Shown here: piece after piece, positions 13,253 to 22,413 of the stretch | Layout of the letters: each line of letters opens with the position of its first letter | Position numbering within the stretch: position 1 is the first letter of the stretch | Source of the DNA: Reclinomonas americana ATCC 50394 | Lineage: Eukaryota | Direction of reading: 5' to 3' | Length of the DNA stretch: 41,820 nucleotides | Assembly: GCA_048213135.1 (NCBI GenBank) | Contig: PS015120.1 | Location: forward strand, 116,743 to 158,562 | Program-made: the position numbers and the translations under genes | Notes under the pieces: model-generated | The model's input: the letters and a program-made list of their open reading frames with translations, nothing else | What the model was told of the DNA's origin: nothing | The model's database searches: none

Positions 13253-13774
13253 TTATGTACCGTCATCATCCCAACCCAGCCCGGAAGTCGGGAACAGATT
13301 CCACACATTCGGCACCAGCGACTGCATGGCCGACGCAGTGGCGCCACTGACCAGACGAGGAGCAAGACGAGCTCCTGCTCCCATTGTCGACGACGAGGGC
13401 ATTCGTTGACGCGGCACCGCAAAACCTCGCGATGAAGCTGTTTGTCGAGTGAGTAAACTGAGTGAGTACCCACGTGCATTTGCATGCGATGTGATATACC
13501 TGCGCCTGTTATTGTTGCAGTGGAGGTGGATGACGTGGCTGCAGCAGCAGAGGAGGAGGAAGAGGAGGAGGAGGAGGCAGGGGGCATGGGAGCTGTGGTC
13601 GGTCGAGAAGGACCTCGTGACACGCGCATCGACGAGGGTGTTCGCATCGCTCGTGTGACCTGTGCAGCCGCGTGTGTGTGAGTGATGCAGCGATGGATAG
13701 AGACAGAGAGAGAGAGAGTGTGTGTGCATAAGCGTAACAGAGCGCATCACAGCACGGACAGAGCCAGTCAGCAT
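13253..13774 (-). CDS. Small putative mitochondrial protein, NFD6-like
   Basis: Exons 13774-13739, 13659-13500 and 13437-13253 give ~126 aa: MLTGSVRAVMRSVTRAMRTPSSMRVSRG (Arg/Ser-rich, no acidic residues, presequence-like)...RLVSGATASAMQSLVP...GWDDDGT. The resemblance to plant NFD6-family proteins is from recalled motifs only. Confidence 0.5.
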   Translation of the reverse strand: MLTGSVRAVMRSVTLMHTHSLSLCLYPSLHHSHTRGCTGHTSDANTLVDARVTRSFSTDHSSHAPCLLLLLFLLLCCCSHVIHLHCNNNRRRYITSHANARGYSLSLLTRQTASSRGFAVPRQRMPSSSTMGAGARLAPRLVSGATASAMQSLVPNVWNLFPTSGLGWDDDGT

Positions 13775-13852
13775 TCGCACGCGCAAAGAAAGAAGAAGTG
13801 AGATCGTCCTTTGGGACACTCAGTGTGCGTTGTGTTGCGCGTGTGAGCGCCA

Positions 13853-14939
13853 ATGGAGGCCTTGAGAAGAGAGCTGCGTGCGTGGGAGGGCGAGTGGCTG
13901 CGCACGAAGCTCGATCAGAAACCACTGGAGGATGAGATCCATCAGGGACTGACGGTGTGTGACGTGTGGGCCCGCGCTCTCTCACATTCTCGCACACACT
14001 CTCTCACGCCACACACTCACGCGCGCGTGAGCAGGGTGTGTCGAGCAAGTTGGGCGAGCTGAATGCGCGAAACAGCGCGTGTACCTCACAGAGGAGAAGA
14101 GGACTGGAGAAGCGGTGCGCGCAATCAATCGGGATCTTCTCGCGCTCGCGCTCTCTCCAGAGCTGACCGCGTGTGTGTAGGATTGCCGAGTTGCGACGAT
14201 TGAAGGAGCTCATTGGGCATCGACTGGACGAGGGCGAGGAGGCCACACGTCGCGTGTCTGCGTTGGTGGAGAGCGTACGGGTTCGTCACACAGTCGTTGT
14301 TCTCTCGCTCTCCTCCTCTGATCATCGATCGAGTGCGTGCAGATCGCTCAGCTGACAGTCATGGAGAGCCCGCGATTGTCGGCAGTGGCCGCCGCCGCCG
14401 CCGCCGCCGATGGATCGTCGTCGGGGCAGGTGGAGCCTCCGTCGCCGACGCAGGCACTGTCGGTCGGCGGCGCCTCGTCGACTGCATCGCCGGGATCGCC
14501 CATGTCGCTGCCGGCGTCGCCACCTCTGCCTTCGCAGAGCAGTAATCGACTGGACGAGCTGCTGTCGGTGACGGTGCGGCTGGCCAGCACCGATCCGCTG
14601 GCTGAGACGCGACAACGCTTGCAAGGTGGTGGTGGTGGTCATGGTGAGCAGAGTCCGCGACTGGTGGCGGCCGACAATAGCGAAGCGGTGGAGGCCGAGG
14701 AGCGGCTTCGCCAGCGTCTGCAGCGATTGATGGCCGCCGAGGAGAAACTCTCGGCGCTCATGCTGCAGCCGTCGGCAAGCTCGCTGGTTCATGTTGCGTC
14801 TTGGATGAGAGCTGCGGATTGGTGTACAAGTCGTCTCACACATGTGCAGTCGGCTTCGCCCAAGCTGGCGGCGCTGTATGGAACGCAGCGCACAGTGTCG
14901 GCCGCCGAGATTTCCAAGCAATTGCGGAAACCCAATTGA
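13853..14939 (+). CDS. Hypothetical coiled-coil protein
   Basis: MEALRRELRAWEGEWL... continues in frame through GT-AG introns (donors GTGTGT, GTGCGC, and GTTCGT at 14281) into ORF 14337-14939. A possible further in-frame intron lies near 14787-14849. Confidence 0.6.
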
Positions 14940-15103
14940 AACGTGTGCAGAATTGTGTTGTATGAGGGTCAGAAGGTGTGCGCGGGACTTGGTGAACGAG
15001 GGTACAGCACTTTGCTGTCGAGCTGGAGGCGGGTGAGGCACAATTGAGACACGCGAGCTTTGTCCCGCGCGGCTCTTGGCCTTTTAATCATAATCTTTTC
15101 ACG

Positions 15104-17258
15104 ATGTCGAGATTTAAGAACACCCCTGAGCTGAACAAGAAGCACACGGCCATCCTCAACACGCTGCTCACACAGCCAGATAACAAAGTGTGCGCTGATT
15201 GCAACGCGAAGGGTGAGCGTCATCATCTCTCTTTGTATGTGTGTGTATGTGTGTGCGTGCGGAAGAAGGAGGAGAAAGAAGAGAGGGCGAGAGAGCAACG
15301 CACGCGCGCACTCCTCCCCAAGTGTGCTGGCGTCAGTTGATGATGGCCACGTGCCATGTCACACAGGCACTCACACGCAGAGAGAGAGCAGATAGCACGC
15401 GCCTCTCTTACATCTCACACGTGCATCACGTGTGTGTATACGTGACATGATCAATATGTGTTTTCCGATCTTTGCTCACACGCGCACAAATAACTCCTCT
15501 CTCTATCTCTCACATTCACCAGGTCCACGATGGGCGTCGATCAACCACGGCTGCTTCATCTGCATTCGCTGCTCGGGCATCCACCGCAACCTCGGAGTTN
15601 NNNNNNNNNNNNNNNNNNNNNNNNNNNNNNNNNNNNNNNNNNNNNNNNNNNNNNNNNNNNNNNNNNNNNNNNNNNNNNNNNNNNNNNNNNNNNNNNNNNN
15701 NNNNNNNNNNNNNNNNNNNNNNNNNNNNNNNNNNNNNNNNNNNNNNNNNNNNNNNNNNNNNNNNNNNNNNNNNNNNNNNNNNNNNNNNNNNNNNNNNNNN
15801 NNNNNNNNNNNNNNNNNNNNNNNNNNNNNNNNNNNNNNNNNNNNNNNNNNNNNNNNNNNNNNNNNNNNNNNNNNNNNNNNNNNNNNNNNNNNNNNNNNNN
15901 NNNNNNNNNNNNNNNNNNNNNNNNNNNNNNNNNNNNNNNNNNNNNNNNNNNNNNNNNNNNNNNNNNNNNNNNNNNNNNNNNNNNNNNNNNNNNCACATCT
16001 CCAAGGTCCGCTCGACCACGCTGGACACGTGGGCGCCGGAGACGATTGAATTCATGCAGCAGAATGGCAACGCGCTGGTGAACTCGCGCTTCGAGGCCAA
16101 GCTCGACCAGTCGCAGAAGCCCACAGAGAACACAGACGATCGACGGACAGAGGAGTTTATCCGTGCCAAGTACGAGCACCGCAGGTGGTACGCGGATGGA
16201 GCCTCGTCGCCGGCGCTGGAGGAGGAGGAGGAGTATGTGGAGCGCAAGAAGAAGCGCCGATCGAAGCGCCGCGATGAGGAGGATGAGCAGCGGTTGGAGG
16301 CCACGTCGTCGCCGGTGGTGGACGAGCCGCGTCGTCCGCGCACCAGGGAATCGTCGTCGAGGTCGGGCGGTGGCGAGTCGCGACAGAGCCAGCGTGAGGC
16401 GCAGCCNNNNNNNNNNNNNNNNNNNNNNNNNNNNNNNNNNNNNNNNNNNNNNNNNNNNNNNNNNNNNNNNNNNNNNNNNNNNNNNNNNNNNNNNNNNNNN
16501 NNNNNNNNNNNNNNNNNNNNNNNNNNNNNNNNNNNNNNNNNNNNNNNNNNNNNNNNNNNNNNNNNNNNNNNNNNNNNNNNNNNNNNNNNNNNNNNNNNNN
16601 NNNNNNNNNNNNNNNNNNNNNNNNNGGCGATGGCTGCTCCGGCGCCCACCAAGAAGGCCGCCAAGCCGGCCGAACAGGAGCTGGAGGATGCCTTTGGCTT
16701 TGTGTCGGTGTCGGATCGCAATCCAGTGTCGGGTGATGGTGAGAGGAGGAGAGAGGCAAATGGGGGAAAGAGCAGCAGTAGCTCACGCGCATGCTCTCTC
16801 TCTCTATCCCTCTCTCTCCAGACTTGTTCATGGTTCCGGAGGACGCCAAGAAAAAGTCGTCGATCATGAGTCTGTTTGACGAGAAGCCAGCGGCCGGTGC
16901 GCAAGTGCCGCCCGGACAGATGGCTCCCGCAGGAGCTCCGCAGCACCACTTTGCGGGCATGATGGCACCGGCCGGTGCGCGCCCGCCAATGGGATTCGCC
17001 GGGCAGCCGATGATGATGATGCCGCCGGGAGGCATGCCGATGATGGGAGGAGCGCAGCCGGCATTTGCAGGCATGATGGCTCAGCCGATGATGATGGGCA
17101 TGCCCATGGGAATGGCCATGCCCGTGCAGAGCGGGTACGCCGGCATGATGCAGGCGCCGCAGGGTGGCATGATGCAGCCGCAAATGATGGGTGGCGGCAT
17201 GGGAATGGGCATGGGCATGAATATGGGCATGGGCTACGGCGGTGGCTTCCCGCGCTGA
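15104..17258 (+). CDS. ArfGAP domain protein, SMAP1/2 (AGD5-like) type; interrupted by two assembly gaps
   Basis: [49 protein letters not shown]...GN...EEFIRAKYE is the ArfGAP C4 zinc finger with the catalytic Arg. KKSSIMSLF and a Met/Gly/Pro-rich tail are typical of SMAP proteins. Confidence 0.93.
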
Positions 17259-18999
17259 GGCGGACCCACTGCGGAAGACGCATGCCGATAGAGAGAAACG
17301 TTTGATTGCTGGTTTGCTCTTTTTTCCGACCTCCTGCTTCCGCCTTTTCCACCCCTTTTTTGCGTGTGTGTGTGTGTGTGTGTATGTGCTGCTTGCTGCA
17401 TAGTGTATATGCGACATTATTTTCGCTGTTTTATGTCTTGGTGGTGGTGGGTGATGGTGAAGCAGATGTGCTGTTTGGTTTGAGTCCCTCATGCTCGGCC
17501 AGTCGCGCCATGAGCGCCTCTGGCCGGTGTCCTCGAACCAGCAACGCGTCTACCTCGTCATCCTGTACAACCATGGAGTGAGAAGACAGAAGGAGAGTGA
17601 CGAGGGAAGAGTGACGCGNNNNNNNNNNNNNNNNNNNNNNNNNNNNNNNNNNNNNNNNNNNNNNNNNNNNNNNNNNNNNNNNNNNNNNNNNNNNNNNNNN
17701 NNNNNNNNNNNNNNNNNNNNNNNNNNNNNNNNNNNNNNNNNNNNNNNNNNNNNNNNNNNNNNNNNNNNNNNNNNNNNNNNNNNNNNNNNNNNNNNNNNNN
17801 NNNNNNNNNNNNNNNNNNNNNNNNNNNNNNNNNNNNNNNNNNNNNNNNNNNNNNNNNNNNNNNNNNNNNNNNNNNNNNNNNNNNNNNNNNNNNNNNNNNN
17901 NNNNNNNNNNNNNNNNNNNNNNNNNNNNNNNNNNNNNNNNNNNNNNNNNNNNNNNNNNNNNNNNNNNNNNNNNNNNNNNNNNNNNNNNNNNNNNNNNNNN
18001 NNNNNNNNNNNNNNNNNNNNNNNNNNNNNNNNNNNNNNNNNNNNNNNNNNNNNNNNNNNNNNNNNNNNNNNNNNNNNNNNNNNNNNNNNNNNNNNNNNNN
18101 NNNNNNNNNNNNNNNNNNNNNNNNNNNNNNNNNNNNNNNNNNNNNNNNNNNNNNNNNNNNNNNNNNNNNNNNNNNNNNNNNNNNNNNNNNNNNNNNNNNN
18201 NNNNNNNNNNNNNNNNNNNNNNNNNNNNNNNNNNNNNNNNNNNNNNNNNNNNNNNNNNNNNNNNNNNNNNNNNNNNNNNNNNNNNNNNNNNNNNNNNNNN
18301 NNNNNNNNNNNNNNNNNNNNNNNNNNNNNNNNNNNNNNNNNNNNNNNNNNNNNNNNNNNNCCACGCGGAGGCGATGCGGCGGGCGGGGTCGGCGGTGGTC
18401 CGTCCTCCAACCCGGCGAATGAGTTGAAGGCGCTGGCCATGGACCCGCCGCTCTCGGCCACGGCGTCGGCCGAAGCCATGGGAACGGCGGCGGCGGCGAT
18501 CGGGACGAGTGTGGTGGCCGATCAGCGACGGCGGCTGCGTGCGCTGGGCGAGACACTGACGCCGCTGCGTGTGGTCGACGAGATTGTGTGCGAACTGACG
18601 GTGCGCGANNNNNNNNNNNNNNNNNNNNNNNNNNNNNNNNNNNNNNNNNNNNNNNNNNNNNNNNNNNNNNNNNNNNNNNNNNNNNNNNNNNNNNNNNNNN
18701 NNNNNNNNNNNNNNNNNNNNNNNNNNNNNNNNNNNNNNNNNNNNNNNNNNNNNNNNNNNNNNNNNNNNNNNNNNNNNNNNNNNNNNNNNNNNNNNNNNNN
18801 NNNNNNNNNNNNNNNNNNNNNNNNNNNNNNNNNNNNNNNNNNNNNNNNNNNNNNNNNNNNNNNNNNNNNNNNNNNNNNNNNNNNNNNNNNNNNNNNNNNN
18901 NNNNNNNNNNNNNNNNNNNNNNNNNNNNNNNNNNNNNNNNNNNNNNNNNNNNNNNNNNNNNNNNNNNNNNNNNNNNNNNNNNNNNNNNNNNNNNNNNNN
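15600..18999. other. Four assembly gaps (N runs) at 15600-15993, 16407-16625, 17619-18360 and 18609-18999
   Basis: Seen directly. Confidence 1.
17491..18608 (+). CDS. Fragments of an unknown gene broken by assembly gaps
   Basis: MLGQSRHERLWPVSSNQQRVYLVILYNHG is followed by a GTGAGA donor. The island 18361-18608 is coding-like on + (…DQRRRLRALGETLTPLRVVDEIVCELTVR). Start, end and linkage of the pieces are unresolved. Confidence 0.35.
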
Positions 19000-19445
19000 C
19001 GAGCGCGGCACTGCGCCCAAGTTGCGTCGCAGGACCTCGAACTCGCGGTACTTATACAGCAGCATAAAAGCACTCGGATCGGCGCGCATGTTCACCAGCA
19101 CGTGATGCTTGAATGCAGGCACCTCGGTGCTCTGCACGGAGCCACGCACGAATCGCAGATGGCGAGTGGAGGGCACGGTGACGTCCTGGTGGGCAGGGTG
19201 TGAGGAGGGAAGGGGAAGGGGAGAGGGAAGGGAAGGGCATGTATGCATTGTCACCTTGATGTAGTCGTGCCATGCAAAGTCTTGCACGACACGCGAGAGC
19301 ACACGCGCAGCCGACAATGCTTGCAGTCTCTTGACGCGCACCACGTACCAACGGAATGGGGAGCTGCGCGGCGGTGGTGATTGCAGGTGAGAGCGGTGTG
19401 AGGGAGGGAGGGAGGAAAGGAGAAGAACCTGGCGAGCGGAATCAT
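19000..19445 (-). CDS. nusG: Bacterial-type transcription elongation/antitermination factor NusG, N-terminal (NGN) domain; 3' part lost in gap
   Basis: Exons 19445-19429, 19363-19255 and 19185-19000 give MIPLASSPFRWYVVRVKRLQALSAARVLSRVVQDFAWHDYIKDVTVPSTRHLRFVRGSVQSTEVPAFKHHVLVNMRADPSAFMLLYKYREFEVLRRNLGAVPRS. From RWYVV to VLVxM it aligns without gaps to the recalled E. coli NusG (RWYVV..L..D..V.VP..G..E..F..VLV.M). The start exon is less certain. Confidence 0.75.
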
Positions 19446-19649
19446 TGCGGCAAATGATTGAAATCTGCTTTCGTTTCTCGCACGTCCCACCGACTACGTG
19501 ACGACGGTCGATGGTCACTGCATGCTACAGCCATCAATCCAGACGCCTGTTCCTCCTTTCCCCACCGACCACAGCAGAATTTCTGTCAAATTTTTTCACT
19601 TGGAAACGTCGCAAGTGGAGAGACGCACTCTGCCACTCGCTGTCCAATA

Positions 19650-19685
<36 letters not shown>

Positions 19686-19729
19686 CTGTGCTACAGTCGG
19701 CGTGTATGTAAGTGTGTGTCCGTGCTGGC

Positions 19730-22339
19730 TTAGAATTTCAGCACGACCTTGCCGCCGCTGCGGAACGGTTGTTGGCTAAGCTCGAGCGCGCGCTCGAACT
19801 CGTTGAATGGTACCGATTGGACCTGCGTCTTGAGAGCGCCGCTCTTGATGAGGCCGAACAGCTCGTTCAACATGGCAGCCTTGTCGGCCGTCGAGTGCTG
19901 CTCCACCCATTTGGAGACCCAGAAACCGCGGAGAGAAATGTCGCGGAAAACAAGCGACGACGTCGACACTGTCACACCGTGCTTCGACATTCCACCGTAC
20001 GTCACCAGCGTGCCACCGGTACTGCAGTGCACAAAAGGTAAGCACGAAGCAAAAAAAAAAGGAAAAGGGAGGAAAGAAAAAAAGTGGCAAAAGCATACAA
20101 GCACTGGGGCTTCCCAAGTGGTCCCCCACCCTAGTACTGACCCAGCTGAACGCGGCTTAACTTCACAGATCGGACGGGATGTGGTGTTTTCCGCGTCATG
20201 TGGCCGTATGCGACTATTTGAGGGAAAGAGTGCACGGGGGGATTGCAGGAAGAGGAGAGTGGAAAGGAAAGAAAATGAACGAATGACGACAACAAATGAT
20301 CTCGTGAAGGGAGAGGGCACACGATGTCTGCAGGAACGGAGAGCGGGAAAGACACGATCCCGGACGGAGGAGGCTTGCAAGTATCAGCAATCTCTGCAAA
20401 GAAACGAGGGACTGCAGGGAGGGAGACAACCCCAGAAGACGAACAAAGATAAACATGACCTCTGCGTCCTTGCAGACAGACAGAGTGGATCGCAAGGGAC
20501 TGCAAGACGAGTTGAATGGAAAGGAGATACCACCAGAAGAAAGACGAACAAAGAAGAACATGATCTCTGCGTCCTTGCAGACAGACAGAGTGGATCGCAA
20601 GGGGGATTGCAGGAAGAGAAGTGGAATGGAGACATGATTCACCCCGACTCCAGAGGAGTGAAGAAGATAAGGACACAACTGATCTTTCAACAGACAGAAT
20701 GGATCGCAAGAGGAACTAGAAGAGCGATAAGGAGTCGTCAACCACCCCGCCTCCAGAGGAGTGAAGAAGAAGAAAAGGACACAAATGATCTCTGAGAAGA
20801 CAGAGTGGATCACAAGAGGAACTGAAGGAAGAAGAGTGATAAGGAGACACCAACTATCCAGACCTCAGAGGAATGACAAAAAAGACACAAATGATCTCTG
20901 AACAGGATCGCAAGAGGAACTGAAGAAAGAATAGTGATAAGGAGATGTCAACCACTCCGCCTCCAGATTGGGTGATCTTTCTTCTTCTTCCACCCTCCCT
21001 CCCCCTCCCCCCTCTCCCTCCTCCTCCTCCTCCTCCACCTTCCCCTCCATCGCCACCACCACCGCTACGCAACGCCAACAGATTAGCCAGGTTGGTGGCC
21101 GAGTCACCGCCCACAGCATTGAGGCCCAGCTTGGGCGCGGGGAGATCGCTGATCAGCTCGCGCATCTTGTGGCTCGCCGCGTACTTCTCCGTCACCACCA
21201 AATCACCGCCCAGCGACTTCAAATACTCGACCGTTTGCTCCTGGTCGGGTCGCTCGCGAATGACATTGATAGTACGCACGCCACGAGAGCGCGCAATCTG
21301 AATCACAGCCTGACCCACAGCGCTGTTGGCAGCATTCTGAATCACAGTGTCGCCTGTACCATGGAGCATGCGTGAGCCCGGCAGCTGCATGTCGCCACTA
21401 TCATCATCATCTTGGCGCGTACCCTTCTTGAGCTGCACAAAGTCACTCAGCAGCCGCAACGCCGTCGGCGGGTTGACCGAGATGGTGGCCAGCTGCTCAA
21501 CAGGGATATCCGCCGGCACCTTGATCAGCTGATCCACAGTCGCAATCGCATGCGTGCGCCACGTGCCTACCCGCATCGCGTCAGTACGAGCGAAGCACCA
21601 CCATCAACAATAACACCAACAGTTGCTCCTCACCAAACTGCGGTCGCGCAGGGATGACCACATCGCCAACAGCCAGGCCCTTGACACCCGCGCCCACAGC
21701 TTCCACGCGAGCAACACCCTCGCTGCCGCCAATCGCCGGCAACGAAGGCTTGGTGCCGTACCTGCACATGCATGAAACATCAGCACAACGAAGATTGATT
21801 GCAGTCGTGCTGATGTTTGACTGACCTGCCCTGCACAATGTTGATATCGGCCGGGTTGATGGAGGCCGCCAGCATGCGCACAAGCACCTCAGAGGCCTGC
21901 GGAGTGCCGACCTTTTCAGGTGCACGGCTGTGTGTGTGTGTGGAGCGCCATGTCAGTCACACACGCGCACACGCAAGACGCAGACGTGGAGGCAGACGTG
22001 TATGCACGTGCGTTTGTGCGTGTGCATTGCGAGCGTGGAGAGAGAGTGTGAGATAGAGAGAGCGCATACGTGACGTGCATGCATCTATTGTGCGCGAGTC
22101 TCTCACTGCACAACGACACACACACACACACGAGTCGCACACTGCCACCACGCACATTCACAGAGACAGACAGACGCACAAGCAGCGCCAAGAGAGACAC
22201 AAGATGGCGCGCACACAGTCATGTCCATGCCACACACACACACACAAACACAACGCAACCGCAACACCGCGCGCGGATCACCGTGCTCCGCAAAGCGCAC
22301 GGCCTGTGACGAGAACAACCGCCGTGCCGCAACAAGCAT
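19730..22339 (-). CDS. MECR: Mitochondrial trans-2-enoyl-ACP/CoA reductase (MDR family, mtFAS)
   Basis: Presequence [16 protein letters not shown]; motifs [95 protein letters not shown]. At least 5 introns, one of them 1052 nt (20022-21073). Confidence 0.96.
20092..20211 (-). rRNA. 5S ribosomal RNA gene, nested in MECR intron
   Basis: Reverse complement GCATACGGCCACATGACGCGGAAAACACCACATCCCGTCCGATCTGTGAAGTTAAGCCGCGTTCAGCTGGGTCAGTACTAGGGTGGGGGACCACTTGGGAAGCCCCAGTGCTTGTATGCT, about 120 nt. It has terminal helix GCATACGGC/GCTTGTATGC, conserved CCCGTCCGATC, GAAGTTAAGC, AGTACT and box C-like GGGTGGGGGACC, and is followed by T-runs (Pol III terminator). Confidence 0.95.
20235..20975. repeat. Degenerate ~106-bp tandem repeat (5 clear copies plus relics) immediately upstream of the 5S gene
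   Basis: GGATC(G/A)CAAG recurs at 20487, 20592, 20701, 20807 and 20905 (spacings 105, 109, 106, 98). TCTGCGTCCTTGCAGACAGACAGAGTGGATCGCAAGGG is exact at 20461 and 20566. ATGATCTC and CTCCAGAGGAGTGAAGAAGA also recur. Confidence 0.85.
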
Positions 22340-22413
22340 CACGAGAGAAAAAAAGTTATGTGCAAGATCCACATGCTCAGCGAATCAACCAAATCACACA
22401 CACGCAACAACTC

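Noticed and set aside
15600-15993. Possible insertion in the ArfGAP domain
   Set aside because: It is an N gap. The flanks GV and HISKV are adjacent in the domain, so it is an intron or an over-sized gap and cannot be interpreted.
19749-20813. Long ORFs (19749-20795 +, 20131-20709 -, 20214-20813 -) across the MECR intron
   Set aside because: They run through the 5S gene and purine-skewed repeats and show no protein-like motifs.
20235-20975. CRISPR array or C/D snoRNA cluster
   Set aside because: Whole units are homologous, with no unique spacers, no cas genes and a eukaryotic context. ATGATCT is not a proper RTGATGA C box and CTGA is not consistently placed.
21928-22259. Hidden microexon(s) in the 332-nt first MECR intron
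   Set aside because: Direct splicing keeps the frame, and the candidate internal AG/GT pairs gave no convincing in-frame solution.
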